A stretch of 64,000 nucleotides of DNA from contig NMRA01000269.1 of the NCBI GenBank assembly GCA_002633005.1, positions 62,001-126,000 of the forward strand, in the 5' to 3' direction. Origin of the DNA: Phoronis australis (lineage: Eukaryota > Animalia > Phoronida). This document shows positions 28,901-43,900 of the stretch, piece by piece. A program made the position numbers and the translations under genes. The stretch's first letter is position 1. Each line of letters opens with the position of its first letter. The notes under the pieces are model-generated. The model did no database searches, was not told the DNA's origin, and saw only the letters and a list, made by a program, of their open reading frames with translations.

Positions 28901-31900
28901 GCAGTTAACTTTTGATGATTCCAGAGTTTGCAATTTCGGTTGTTTGAGTTTTGGAATTGTGGCTTCAAACTCCATCTTGACAGTGGACATGAAGAAATTT
29001 ATTAATTTAAAGCTGCACCTAAAGCAAAGAGAAATTATGATAGCATGAAAGCGACATTTACTTGACCCACTTTTCGGTGTGTAAGATGCCCAAGTTATCA
29101 CAGGCGGAATGCAATTTCTCTCATTCTCAGTCATTTTTAGACGTTGCATTTTTTACATGAATCATTTGAATATCCTGCTGTACAACAGTATGGTATGACT
29201 TGATTGCAAAAAATTTATAAGGAACGCTGTGAAATTCCATTCCCTTAAATGTACGCCCAAGTGACCCGAGCGAACTGTAGGTGGCCCGGAATATTGTTCA
29301 ACAAGTACTCTACTGCCATCTAGAAACAAAGCGTAATTTGTTATATCAACAGATACCATCATAAGTGAAAACAGCGCGTCTTGGGTCCTCTTATCCTGAA
29401 CTTTTGCATGTGGTTGACCCGCTTCTATTTCGTGCCTGATAAAGAGGTCCTCTAACGACTCAGGATGGTTGGAAGCTGAGAAGTGTCTTTAATTCTTAAA
29501 CTTGCTATTACCTACACAGGGGCTCGATTTGACTACCCGCAGGTCGCCGATGTGACCTTAGTTTTTGTTAGGTGTCCTGGCAAAAATCCTAAGTCTTCGC
29601 AAAGTCACCACGCACACATTCGAGCTCACATTTGAAATACTATAACTGGGGAAATGAACAGACGGGAGTCGGAATTGGTTGTCGAAAAGCGTGTTCGTGA
29701 CGCATGCACAGGCAAAGTGTCCTGATCGTCTGCCTTTCTGTTAACTGGTGAGACTGTGCAGGATATTGGGTTGGAGGGCGAAGTTGGCCATTACTGAGTT
29801 CGTGGTGAAAAAGTTTGTGTGGGCGATCTCGGGTGTTACTCAGTTTGTCAATTCTTCAATTCAAGACTTTCCCCCCCTCTCAGTGTTTTGTTGTGCTCAT
29901 TTGCCATTTGGTGACTTGGGAATTTTGATAGATCACATTTAACAAGTTGGCATTATGCTGAGTGCCGAGCTCTGCTACATTTGTGTCGTTCCAGTTTATT
30001 TAATTGTGGTTGTGAATCTTTTGAGATCCAAACGAATTGTTAGAGGTCAAAGTAGTTGGGTAGCAGCCCTTTCATGTATTTGCGGTAAATTCTCACCAAT
30101 TTAGAATGCAATGTCGCGGACAAGTGATATTTTATCTTGTCCACTTTTTGAATTGAATTCTGTTCCACAGCTGTCAATAGTCATCAGACATTCTGCAAAA
30201 ACTGTGGGCCCTCACAACAATGTCAGAAAGTCTTGAAATTGACAAAAGGTTTTTCTTTCGCAGCTTTTTGTCCAAAATTGGTGAGATTTTACCATTGATG
30301 AAAAAATTATCATTTTTTTTAACTTTGTACCATTCTAAAATGTTTAACTCATTTGTAATGTTTTTCTATGTTGATACATTTTTGTGTAGCACTGTCCAAA
30401 GCTAACACTCATTCGGAGCCCAGCTTACATATGGATCGGGCTTCGGTGACTGTTTATTGCGTCTTGTTCTTTTCTCATTCCTTGCTGTTAATTGTCTGTT
30501 TCCAACATTCATATATTTCATCAACCATTCGTGCAGCTCTTGTCAGCAAAAATGATTTGACGGTTCAAATCAATGAAAAATGGCACGGGATTGGAGTTAA
30601 GCTTCTTGGCTTTCCCTAACTAATATCTGATTTCCTGGCACAAATGCTTCAGAAGGTATTGAGAAATTACTTAACCATCATTCGGACAGCCTGGTTAATA
30701 TTAAAAAAACTTGCATAATTTAGTTGTAACTAGTAATTTGATTAACCGCATTTGTTTAATATGGAATGCCACTGTGGTTAGTGTGGTTAATTTGGACAAG
30801 ATTTTAGCTTCCATTTTGAAAGTGAAAAGTTACTAATGCAGGTAAGTGTTTTTATTCCTCTTGCCGTCACGGTAATAACAGTGTTCTTACTCTGTAGTGC
30901 TTTAGACTTTAATAATATTTGATGTACATAGTGAATATCGGCTTTTAGAAATAGTCATTAGCCTTGTTTGGTTTATTATTTAAAGTGCCCAAAACCACCA
31001 TTTAATTCAATGTTTTGCTTTGACAAGTAAGTACATATTCATCAGTCTGATTAAATCTTCCATTTTAGCATTTTGCAGCATACCATTGTGTAAAACTTTT
31101 TAATCCATTTTCCAAAACACAAGAAAATAGAAAATGTTCCCATTTGCAGATTAAGTTCCCCAACTTAAAAAGATCTTCAGTTTGACATGTTGAGTTTCCA
31201 TACTAGGTAAATACCGTCAAAGCTTCACCTTCCTTTAATCCATCGCAAACCTTTGGAAATAATGAGCGGTGTTTTGAAAACTTGCCACACTAAACACAAT
31301 CATGTAAGATCACTATATCCTCGGCCATTGGCTGTTTTTTTGTGTATCATAGGAAAATTGATAACAATTAAAGGGACATTTCACCACTGTTTAGCTTTCA
31401 ATGTGAAATCGTAACTTAAGGTTTTTGTTTTATTGCATGACCTGACAAAGCTCACCCTATGTTTTTTGTTGGAATTGAGCTAGCAACTCAAGTCACAGGC
31501 AATGCACAATTTTTGAGTTTGGAATTCAGGGTTGGCTGACCTGAATAAACTCTGAAACATTTTCTTGAGTCTCTCAGGGTTCTTATGTTTTTGTAAACAG
31601 AAGTAGAATCTATCACTGCAAGGACTATAATGAGACTCTCGTTTTATGAGAGTTAAAGGCCTACCAGTAATTTGATATTTGTTTTTAGCCAGCTATATAT
31701 TTAACAAGGTGCATATTTCGTTAATCGCTTATTAAATATTGTCACTCAGTGCTTAGGGGTGCTCTCATTAAAGTTCTGATGGACAGGCAGGATGTTCGAG
31801 ATATGAAAATGGTGGATTTGGGCACCGAAACAGCTGAAAGGCATGCTTTTACTTTATAATATTGAAATCAGTTTTTTCAACCAAGATAATTTATTATTTA

Positions 31901-34900
31901 AAGAACCTGTACCAGTTGTTTCCACCAGAGTTAAAGCTATCTAAATCTAAAGCCTTGTGCTATAATGAATGTTTATAGTTTCCTAATAGTAAGAAGTCAA
32001 CAGTCACAGAAGATGTTTTCTTGTGTGTGATGATTACTTGTTCATTTATTCATTTATAAGCAGGTATTGCTCACCACTTTGCTTTCGGCATTTTAATATT
32101 AAAGCTGACTCAGTAAGGCCAGTCTTCAAAATATCTTTGTTTGCCCTTACCCGACCGTACTTTTAACATCTGGGTAGGTAAGTAAGCAAAAAAAATTTAT
32201 AACTTCGTAGATCAATTTTGCTACTATTTCTCAACCAATGAGCCCTGCCTACTTCAAGAGTATTGAGAAATTAACAAGTCACGTTTGAGATTTTTTGAAG
32301 GATTTTCCCCCATTTTTTGTAACAAAACAAACAACTTGTTGGTAAGGACTTATTCCTGGGCTGTGTCATCAATCAAGCAAAAGTGCGAAATTGATTGCAG
32401 CACGTTATGCAAAGTTATAAATAAAAAGTAAGAGGAATTTTAAGAATAAAATTTACTGATTTAACGGGTTTCTACTGGGTCGTTTTGCGTAAGGGCAAGC
32501 AAACTTAATTTTTGTTTAGGCCTCATCTGCTCATTCTGTTAAACAAGTAATATTTTGGTGTGTCCATTTTACCTATGCAAGCAAATTATCTCTGCTTATA
32601 ACTCACTAACGTGTATTTTCTCTCATGATTTATTCAAACCTCTGTCAACTAATCACAATTAGTTATGTTTCTCTAGCGGAAACTATTGAGCAATAGCACC
32701 TTGCCATCTTTTCCCCTGTAACTGAGTGTTTTTCGTTTACTAACAAGTTGTGTCAGTGTTTAGTGTCTAGACATTTTACTTTACCGATCAATCCCTGTAT
32801 ATTGATAAATTGTTCACGCGTTCGTCTCGAATTCACTAGGACTGTGGAAAGTCTCCATGTTGTACGACAACGAACATGTGCAAGGTAGTCCTTTCTCAGT
32901 GAACGTGTTTGATCCAGCCGCGGTCTCCATTTCTGGCCTTGACACAGGGTCTGCAGGACAACAAGTCTCATTGACAGGTGGTCATTTTTGAACTTCATAG
33001 TTGTAGTGGACTGGGCTTGATTTTGTGCTATAGTTTAATATTGACGCATCACTGGGTACTTGTATTTACACCCTGATGAGTTGCACCTAATAAATGCTGT
33101 ACAATTTTAAAGGTCTATGCCATACTTACCTTCAGACAGTGTTTCTGAGAAATTGTTGAAATTTAAAACAATGATAGAAATTTTTGAAAAATTATAGAAG
33201 GCCATTTTGGAAATTATTTTTATCTGAAATGGACCCATTTTGGAATTTTTTATCCGAAATTAATGCAATTTTACCATAAGACATTCTGATTAATAGGTAT
33301 TATTGCTCGATTTTTGCTTTAACATGTCCTTGTGTTTAATTGTTTGGACTAGTTTATTGGTTTAATTAGTCAACCGTAACAAAACACTTAAAGAATAACG
33401 TGTTATCGGTAGTAAAAAATGTTGTTACAGCTGATTGTTCTTCTGCTGGTGTGGGTGAACTGACCAGTGATGTGACCCACAATGGGGCCATTGTGCCATC
33501 AACAGTCTCCAGCCTGGGGTCAGACAAATACAGTATTGTTTTCACGCCATCTAGTGGCGGCGAGTACAAGATTGACACCAAATACAATGGATATGCCGTG
33601 AAAGGTAAGGCATAATTGTTTCGGTATTCGCAACTGCAAGATTTTTGTTCAGAAATTGTATATTTTATTCAGTATTCCATGCCCCATCGTTTCTTCTTCA
33701 TAGTGAATAACAATGTTAAGCTCTAAAATCTTTCTTTAGTTATTCGTGTTTTGTTATTGTTTATTTTACGTGCCTTTGCTATGAGGTGGCATAATTTAAA
33801 AAACACTCCTCTGATTTCTCAAGTTATCAAGTTGTGTAAGACCAAGAAAATAGTTCACTCTAAGACTGTTGTACCTAAAAGGAGCTCCAGATCTGTTGCA
33901 AGGCCAATGTGTTTTCATGTTTGTAATATGCTTATATTTTTAATAGAATAAAATACTGAATATATGTGCTCTAACACTAAATTGACAAATTTCAAATAGT
34001 CTTTTGCAGTTATGTGATATGCAAACCCATAGCCTTTTTTGTCAGTCTGATATTGTTAAATGAAAGAGGAAGTTTTTATTGCAAATAGAACCTCCAGATT
34101 CAAATGAAAGTTAGGTTTAAACACCTTGAGAGTACTGTGGTATCAACTGATGAAAGGAAGGGTAAATCGCTTGACCTAATAATTTTAGATTTGCTAAGTG
34201 AGGTCAGAACAGGAGGATCACTTAAGTTGCGAAAATGTCATCTTGTACTGGTCAAGATTTGTCAAATGAATAGACAAGTATTGAAGTAATGAACAGTCAT
34301 AATATGTTTTGCTCTCAACTCAAATGAATCTGAATTGCAGGTCATTGGTAGAACATTTGCAGGGTCAGTAGAAAATAATACGCATTTATATTCCAGGCAG
34401 AACAGGAGCATTAATTTTTCAACTTGGATTAAACCATTGAGGAGCACAAGATCACAGGCCCGTTCCAAGAAACTGACTTAAGTTCATTTTTGACTGAAGT
34501 CTAAAATTTGTCTCAAATTCCAAACTTAGAAACTTCTACATCTGATTAGATAGTCAAAATTTAGACAAAACGTAAGTCAAAAACTTAAAGTCGAACATAA
34601 GATCTCTTTTTTGAAATGATCTTGAGACAGGTCTATGACTTATCTTAAAATTCATTGAAAGTTAAGATCTGTCTTGGCTAAGTCAGTTTTCTTGGAAGGG
34701 CGTCCACATCTCCAGCTAGCATCGAACCTTTTCATTTTGTCAATTTATAATAATTTACAGGAGTCTTTATAATTTCTCAAAACTATGGGCACAAGGGTGT
34801 GTTGAGTTAAGTGAATATTTCCCTTACTCTAAATTTGCCAAATGTTATTATTTCCATAATACCCTGGTACTTCCAGTTATTCATGGATTAGACTTCAAAG

Positions 34901-37900
34901 GGGACAACACTGGGTATACCAAACTGCAGGGTGTTCATACGAGTTGACATGACAAAAAAGATTTATAATTTTTCTATGCATGAAACTCACATGACCTACA
35001 TTTTTATTCTTTTGTAGACTCACCTCATATCATGACTATTGAAGACTCGACATTCGTGACAGCTACAGGGCCTGGCCTTGGACTGATTTCAGCCAATCGT
35101 GAGACTTCTTTTGATATTAATGGTGCGGGAAATAGTGAGGTCAAGGTGGAGGTCAAGGGTAAGTCTCACTTAACCATAAAGTCTGACGCAATTTTTTACA
35201 GCGTGATTTTACAGGTTGTTTCTCAAAATGTGACTTTAGAATATTAGTGGTTCGGGAATTGCTATGTTGGCTTGTAATTTGGAGTAGTTGTTGTAACTAA
35301 TGCTTTTGCTAATTGTAATTGTAGAGGATGAGAGGTATTTTTGGGCCTCAGTGACTGTTTCTTTTGCATTATGAAAATTCATTGTATTTTTAAAACTTTC
35401 TATCTCTCTCTCCCTCTCCCTCTCCCTCTCCCTCTCCNNNNNNNNNNNNNNNNNNNNNNNNNNNNNNNNNNNNNNNNNNNNNNNNNNNNNNNNNNNNNNN
35501 NNNNNNNNNNNNNNNNNNNNNNNNNNNNNNNNNNNNNCTCTCCCTCTCCCTCTCCCTCTCCCTCTCTCTCTCTCTCTCTCGCTGATTCAGACAACTCGTA
35601 GCTTTATACCATCTAACCTTATTAGAGGAATGTTTCTTGTTTCTGTGGATTTTATTTGGAGTCATATCTTCAGGTTGAGAGTTGTAAGTAACAGTAACGT
35701 CCTATTGGCACATTAGAAAATAAGTGCATAGTTCTTTTATTAGCCGATTTCTAAATTTTAAATGTTCACCCTGAATGTAAGATTTCAGCATGGTGAAAAA
35801 TGTAATCGCTCTGCTGCAGAAGCAGAAATTACAGTACAAGCCAAAAGTGTTCAGACAAAATGAGCGGGAACTCCCCGTCTAGACGGCCGGGCAGACGCCG
35901 AATTTACCATCACAGTAGTCTTCCCTCATGACTAAGATTGAAGAGGAATTGATAGGAAAGTCAGTAAAGTGGCTAACCCTTTCTATATTTAGAATTTTGT
36001 CACCGGAATAGTTGTTAACATTGTTTTGACACAATTAGTTGTCATGACGGGAAACGGTGTAATTGTGTCTGATTACTTTTGTCTTGTACTGTAAATGCCT
36101 TTGGTGGCAGGAAGTTAGAATTTTCAATGCATGTTGTTGTGGAGATGGGTTCGAAGCTACCTTGCACGCACCCAGCCTTTATATGGGGGGGGCTCGAATT
36201 TCAGACGATATGGACCTTTTTGTTAAATGACAAAAAAGCGGGAGAACTAAAAAAATATGGCGTACCACCTTCAGAGCTGTGAATTGTGTGTTTGTGCCTT
36301 TTTGGTGGACTTTTGTCTCGTTTTCCTGGACTTTTTGTTTCTCTAAGGTGGACCTTTTTGCCCACTTCACTAAATGGGGGAGCTCATTTATTTTGAGTCC
36401 CCCATTAGCCCCCCTGGGTGCCTGCATGGCTATTATGTGCTTTCAAGCACTTTACTTGCCTCCCCTCCCTCCATCCCTGCCTCACTCCCTCCCTCCCTCC
36501 GTCCGTCCCCGTGGGCCAGAATGACCGATACACCTCATTGTACAATCAACAGTGAAGGAGGTGCTTCCAACTTTGGGTTGAAGTTGTATGACTCCAAATA
36601 AGACACTAACTCTGGCGTAGGAATCGCTAACTTGCCTCTTGAAAGGAAACTTGTCAATCAAAGTGCAACTGTTGCCTTGGCTTTAATGAAATTTTACATA
36701 CACATTGGTTTATGTTTGAAAAAGCCAGTTTTCACTGGGTTTTGTGTGTTTTAGTGCTGTGATTGACAAATGTTTCCTTTATGCACACTAAATTTCATTT
36801 GAACATAACTTTTCTCCATTGGGATTTCAAGCAGTTTTGTATGACCAAGTTAGTGTGAAATTGTGCGAGTAGCATGAGGTTGTATCAGCAATTTTTTTTC
36901 TGTGGGTGTGTTTGTCTCTGTGTATGTTGAGGTTCTGTGATTGTATGGGGAGTGGTTTGGACTGCTGATTGGCTCTCACCATGGCTAAGGTTCAAAAGCT
37001 GTGTTCACCGACTGATGGGCTTTTAAGTTGTTGAACAAATTGTCTCCTTGCTCAGCCTGAACTCAAGTGCTTCAGTCTTGAGCGAATATTGGCCTATACA
37101 AAGGCCCTCACGGGAAATGGTGCTGATCAGAACTCTAATGACGCTGTCATTGTTAAAAATAAATAAAGAGGTGATGAGAAAAATCCAATGGAATGGAAAC
37201 TTTGTTGTGTTCTTTGCCCATATTAGCTCAAATGTGTCATATGTGTTACGGTAAAATTGTATCAATGTCTGAGTTCATGTTTTCCTCATCTTTCGGTTTC
37301 GGTTAAAAATGTCACAAAATGAAACTGGACATTTTGACGGAAATAATGTTAATAGTGTTTATTTTGATGAAACAGAAGCCTCGGTCCATACTGCATGGCA
37401 TTTGGGAAGCAATTTCTAAATTATTTCACAAATAAAAATGTTACTGATATCAGAATTTCCATAGTCACAACCATCACTTGTTATTGTAAACAGATTTGTT
37501 AGTGCCAAAACTCTGCCTTTATTTTTAAGAATTACAATTCCACAATCCAAAGATATGTAAAATATTTGCTGTTAACAGTTGGGAAGACTACAATAATTAT
37601 CTTGGCTTGTTTTTCCGTTGTTTTATTTGCGTTTGCGAACGTTGTCAATTGACCAGAATTTTGGTCAACCTTGGAAATATGTTGTTGACTCGGAGGACTA
37701 CAAAAAACATCTGCCGTGTTTTTTCCGTTATTTTGTTTGCGTTCGCGAATGATGCCGATTTGACAAGAATTTTGGTGATCCTTGGAAATATGTTCAATTT
37801 GTTGACATGAGATAGAACTGCAGAAGAAGAGTGGGAGGCCAACTTGAAAGAAATGAAGGTTAGTATCATCTTGACTGCCTGTATATTGTCTGCTTATAGT

Positions 37901-40900
37901 AACTGGCCAGTTTGGCATTACCAACTATCTTGGATTTTAAGTGTTCCACGAGAATACTTGCTCTTAAACTTCATGATCCTCACAAACCCTTTTACATACA
38001 CAGAAATAGTGCTCAGACATCTTTTCTCTAAATGTTACCATCTTTTTGTTAAAAAACTGTTTTCATGGAGAGTGGCATATAACTTTGTGACAAATTTGGT
38101 AAATTCTGTTTTTATGCTAGTTATTTGCTAAAACATGCCTGGAATCTTCCTTAAGGGCCACTCTGCTGTCAAAAACAAAAACAACACCATTAATACTTGC
38201 AAAATTGATGTTGTTATTTTTTGGCAAGATCTCCAGCTAAAAAGTTTTCACATATAATCCCAGGCATGCTTTTAAAGCTAACAGACTGTTTTTGGTTGGA
38301 GCTTCTTTAAAGTTAAGTTTGTGCGAAAAAAATGTCATGTTTGTAGTAATGACTAAGATCCACGTAAAAAAGCTCAGCTAAGCTGAACATCAGACGTTAT
38401 TTTCAAGCACACAATAGGATTCTGTCATTGTTGTTATTCCATGTAACTGAAGTATGGGAGATTGGATTCACAGTAGTAATGTGCAGTGCTTGCCTAGTGC
38501 TAATGTGGTCACATGACACAGAGTGACAAGAGGTCACAAGCACTAAAATGTTAACACTGTTCAACCACAGAGTGTTCTGGTATATACTCAGCTGATCTTA
38601 TTAGTGTTTACCTGATTTATTGATTTCAAGCCCTGAGCAGTGGATTAGACGAATTATCTAGTCATATTCAATTGCTTGATCATGTTTTGTCTGATAGGGA
38701 ATAGAGGTGTCAATCTTAAGTCTTACTGTCAATGTTGACTATATCTACTCTTATGACTTGAGGGCACCCTCACTGTCATTTGTCTCCCTCCAGTAGTTTT
38801 CCTTTTCTTTGATTGTGCACCTAGCCTCATAATGAAAGTAAGTCCTGTAACTTGGCCATTTTCAACTGCGCCCCATAACAAAGTGGAACAAGCAACACTA
38901 TTGCTTTCATTGAGGAATTCAGTCTCAACCCTGGCCCTGTCAAATAATACAAACTTGAATGTGCATAAACTATTGGGGCTTGCCTGATCTTTTGTGACCA
39001 GTCTAACCTGGGGAACCTATCGCTTATACATGGAGGGCGTGGGTCGTAAGTACAAGGAACAGGTTTACGTTTTAAAAACTTCTGCTTTTGTGTCACGCTG
39101 GATGATTTACCATAGATACGCCCCTGCAGGATGTTGTGCTTCAAGTTGATTGATTGATTTTAAAAATTTTGAATTTGTAATTTAACCATCTTGGCTTGGT
39201 CAGGTGTTGGAAACCTGAAGGTATCTCAGTTATTGCCAGTAACACGTTATGCCTTATGTGGATAATTTTGGTGTAGAATATCCCATACCTTCTGGTAGGT
39301 ACATTTGTGTAATGGATATAGTGTACAAAACCAAATAAAATATGTTTGAACTGGACAATAGAGCTGGCAGCTAGACTTTTAAGTGGCTGCTTGTATAGGT
39401 GTGGCAATGCAGTGTTTTCATTAAGCCCAGGTTTTAGTTTCGTTGACTGGACCACTGTGTTGTGGAAAATTATGTGACCTGTTCAGTTTCTTGTTCACTT
39501 TCTTGTTAATTCAAGTTAAAAGTTATAGGTGACTGATTAATGTATACACACCTCCGAGTCCCACAGCGTGCACTCCTCAACTTGATTCATTGTGTTTGCA
39601 GAATTACATGCATCCTTTTAATGCCCAAAGTTTCTAGATGATGGAGCCTAACTTGCCATGTCTGCGTTATATATATCTTTATTGTCATTGTCAACATCCT
39701 CAAGGTGGCTTTTTAGGCACTGCATGTGTTAACTTGGATTTAGGCTGTATGTGCTCTGTTGTGTATTCCGCAGTGGGTCTCAAAAAGTGTCTCATTACGA
39801 TGAAATCAGTCTAGAAACTTAATTGTACCATTTGTATACTGGTTTCAGGTTATATTCCAACTTTTCTCATTAGAGTTTTCTTGTCAGATTTGGAATTAGA
39901 GTTTTAACCTTGATATTTTGTTTGCTTGCAAGATGGGGTATGAAAATTTGCAACAACTGGGGAAGAATGTTAAGTTGTTCTCTTATTGGGGTGATTATCC
40001 CTCTGCTTGTGGGTTTCATACCAAGGTTGGTGCCAGACAGTACTGGTCAGAGATAATATTGTGAGGATTGCATAACTTGCCTCAGGCAACCTGTCTGTTC
40101 CTTTACCAGGAGCATACAAAACTGCAGGGTTTATCACTTAGCATGGTGCTTAAAGCCCAACACAGAACAATAATTGTTTTGGTTCATGTTTTGGTGTGGA
40201 ACCCACCACACAGTGTGTTATGATCCTTTATACAGGGAGTTAGTGTTGCAAATACACAGTCCATTGACTGAAGTAACAGGTAATTATTGAGCACTGCTTG
40301 CAATTTTATAAAGCATTGTCCTCTATACTTCATATGATTTCATTTTGTCAAAAACAGATAGAAGACACTTGGACTTCTTTTTAACTTGGCACAATACAGC
40401 AGTCATCATAGCAATACTAGATTTGACATGATTGAAACAGTGAAGTGTCAAATCCTAGAGGGGGGAGTGTTATGTAGGTTTGCTTGCACTGTAATTGTCC
40501 AGATTAATGCTCACCAGTCACTTAAATTGGGAAATTCAAATGTCAGGGAGTGGGTGTTAAGTGGAGCATTGATATTGAAGAGCAGGGGATGCCTTCACCG
40601 TTTTTTTTTTTTGCTTGCAAGTATAATGATATTAAAATGCGGGTGAGCCAAAAGAACTACTTCACTTCTGGTAAAAGTGGGTATTTTACCATTGGTGTAG
40701 AGGGAGGTGCGCAAGAGTGATTGTAAGGAAAGTGAGTTGCATACCTTAGGAGGTAAAATTTTTGTGAGATGTTCACAAAGACACTGGTGCTTTTAAGGAA
40801 GTCTCGGTCATATGAATTGGGGGTGAACATTATGGTGGGTATGGGCATTTGATAGTGAAAATTTGAGGAGTGGGCATTAAATGTTAACTTGGAGGAATAT

Positions 40901-43900
40901 GGTAATTGAACATATTTGACAATGCCACAATTTATTGTCAGTGTGTTATTCCTTCCAGTTTTCTGTTTTATGTTAAAAACTAGGCATTTCAAAATATATG
41001 TTAAAAACCATAGTTTAAGCTCAATAATGAGCAACATAGTCTCTATGTGAGGATCTAACTTTTGTGAATGCAAGTTTGTAATCTTTACAAAATTATTACA
41101 CTTACTGTTTTATTTTCTTGGATTTAGCGTACTGTTAAATTTCAGACTATTAGTAAATTTTGGGTGGCACTAATATGTGATAAAGGCATGTCTAAAAAAT
41201 TACCATAACATGTCAAAGTTTTGTGCTTAAAAATATCCAGAAAGGAAATTTGATGCCTTCTTTGTTATAGTAGTTGCTGATGTTTTTAAAACTCTCTCAT
41301 TATGTTACAGGTGAGAACCACATTCATGTGCGCTATGGTGGTAAGCAGATCACCGGGACACGATTTCCTTCGTACCCGGTTGACCCAGCCTCACTTCAGG
41401 CGACAAGTCTTTCACCAAAGGTTGCATTTGGAAAGCAAGTTGAGTTTGAAAGTAAGTATTAAAACATACTTTTCTTTATGACCTGCAAATTGTGTTTTAA
41501 TGATAAAAGTTAAGATTTTCAATTTTTCTTTTAACATTGCTCAACATTCCCCTGGTCTGAATTGAAAATCCCTGCAATGTAGAAAATTGAATCAGTTACT
41601 GGACTTACAAGTTGAGTTGGCTACCTTGCGTTCTCCTCCCGAACGATTTAACATGGTGTATTTAATGTCACAATGCTGGAGGAGGCCATGGAAAAGAAAA
41701 GAATTTTGAGTTTGTTTTCCCCATTTTTTTACACACACTTCTTTTTTAACACATTGCTTACCTGTTGATTAATAACAAGTTATCCTATTTCTAATTTCCA
41801 GTCGATGCGTCTAAAGCAGGAACAGGAAATCTTGAGATTTTGATAAACAATGGGGCCATCCCATGCAGTGTGGAGAACCGTGGCAACAGATGCTTTAAGG
41901 CCTCCTTCTTGCCCAGAGAAGCCATACCTCACGTTATTGATATGAAGTTCAGTGGCGAGGTTATACCTGGTATGTAGTAGCTATCTGTCATTCAGTTACT
42001 GTGTTTAGTAAGAGTGGCATTAAAACTTCTGTCAATATGTTGAATGTTCGTGTCAACAAATAACACAAAGAACTATTACCTACCAGGCTTCTAACAATGA
42101 TGGAAAACCCAAAGGAATTACTTTGATTTTAAGTTTGTTTTTTTATGTAATTCAAAACCTAAAATCAACCAGCTATTCAGGAGGATTCTGTATTTTAAGT
42201 AAAACACGCCTTGTTTATGTCTTCTGAAGTTTTCATTTTCGGTTCATGTTGAGATCATTTATCTGCCTAGAAAGTATGACAAAGACGTTTGAGGCCATGG
42301 TATCTCTGATCATGCAGGTTAACTGAAGTTTATGCATTATCATTTTGCAGGTAGTCCTTGGTCTGTGGACATCTATGACATGAGTGTTATCCAATGTTCT
42401 GGGGCTTTGCTGCAGTCAACTCCTATTGGCCAGCTGTCTCAGTTCAGAGTAACAACTGGTACCAATGTAGCAGTGTCATCTGAACTAGTCACTACCATTA
42501 CTGGTGAGTAAGACGGTACACATTAGTTCAGGTCATGCTACTAAAGATCTTCAAGTCATTCAAAATATTTTTGTTTAGACTGTATGATTTGGAACAATGG
42601 TTTGGTATCTTTTGGAACAATGGTTTGGTATCTTTTGATAGCTTTGTACATTTTTAGACATTCATTAAATTTTGTATTTAAAGTGGCAATGAACCGGTGT
42701 TTCAATATAGAAACGTGTGTTTTGTTGTAGTCCTCTGGTACTGTCTTATTCCGTTCTCAGATGAAAAGTGATTTAAGTCTTGTAAAAACTAAAAATTTTC
42801 CACTGCTTGAGTTCGTGCTCTGCAAATAAAGTGACACACATGACAAGTCCAGCAGTAGTCAGCTGCCACTTCTTTCCAAGTCCAAAAATTGCTCCTATTT
42901 TTACTAAAGGAACAATTTAAGACCAATTTCATATGGGTCAGTGGTCTGCATTAAAACTGTGTATTTCCAATAAAAATGGGATGACTGTTTTGAAATTGAC
43001 CTATCCCAGGATTTTGAGCAACGGATTAACTGACCATTTAGAACAAATCATTACATACCTTCGTTTCCAAGCCACTATTTTACCCTACAAACAACACGTT
43101 GCCAGGTAAAACTTATTGTTTGTTAGTCCATATTACGCAAGGAGGCGGAGCTTGCGATAGGTCAATTGGCAATTCAGAATCACCGGAGACAAAATGCATG
43201 GGAAATTACAAAGTGTTTAACAAGATACTTCACAAAATAAACAAGAGTGAGTGGCACAAGCATCTAACATGGATCGTTAAGAGATTTCTCAAAACCTATA
43301 TCAACAGATCACAAAATTATCAAGGGATCGATTCCATTTTTATGCAAAAGAAATAGAAAAGGGTTTCGTACATGCCACCAGTTGTTCAACTCTTGAATGA
43401 CAATGGAAACTTTTTTTTTCTTTCAGCTCCCTCGGGCCGTAGCGTTCCTAATTACATCAGGGATTCTGGCCATGGTGTTTTCACTGTTGAAAGTACCCTT
43501 ACTGAAATAGGTGAGTGGCTGTTTTCATTTGATTACAATTCGATAAAACTTAAGTCAGAAAGTGTAACCTATTCTCCTCATAACTGTTTTTAAAAAATGA
43601 CACTGTCAGAGTTCAGTGTCTGAGGTTATACTTGAAGTTAGACATAAATACAATAAGTTGTTACAATACCATAATTGCTGAACTGTGACGTGTGCTAACC
43701 TCGTAGAAAAAACACTTAGTAATGAAGTGAGAGATTCAATAAGACCAAAATTATGTAAATCTTAAGTTACCTTTTTATGAAACGGAGCACTAAAATTGTG
43801 GTTTTCTCACTTTCAATGAATTATTCAAATTGCATGTTTAAATTTTACAAAATGTTTATTTGTGTCAATTCTGGGGTAAAACTTTTATTCTTAGTTTTTA

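Noticed and set aside
35341-35665. ORFs with RE/GE/SP repeats
   Set aside because: Artifacts of (CTCTCC)n and the N gap.
40231-40290. Candidate for the missing C-type exon (…QIHSPLTEVT G|GTAATT)
   Set aside because: Too short, lacks the PSG...VP and (Y/F)xP motifs, and the nearby acceptor is not convincing.
42588-42636. 23-bp perfect tandem duplication
   Set aside because: Ordinary slippage duplication in an intron with no further structure.
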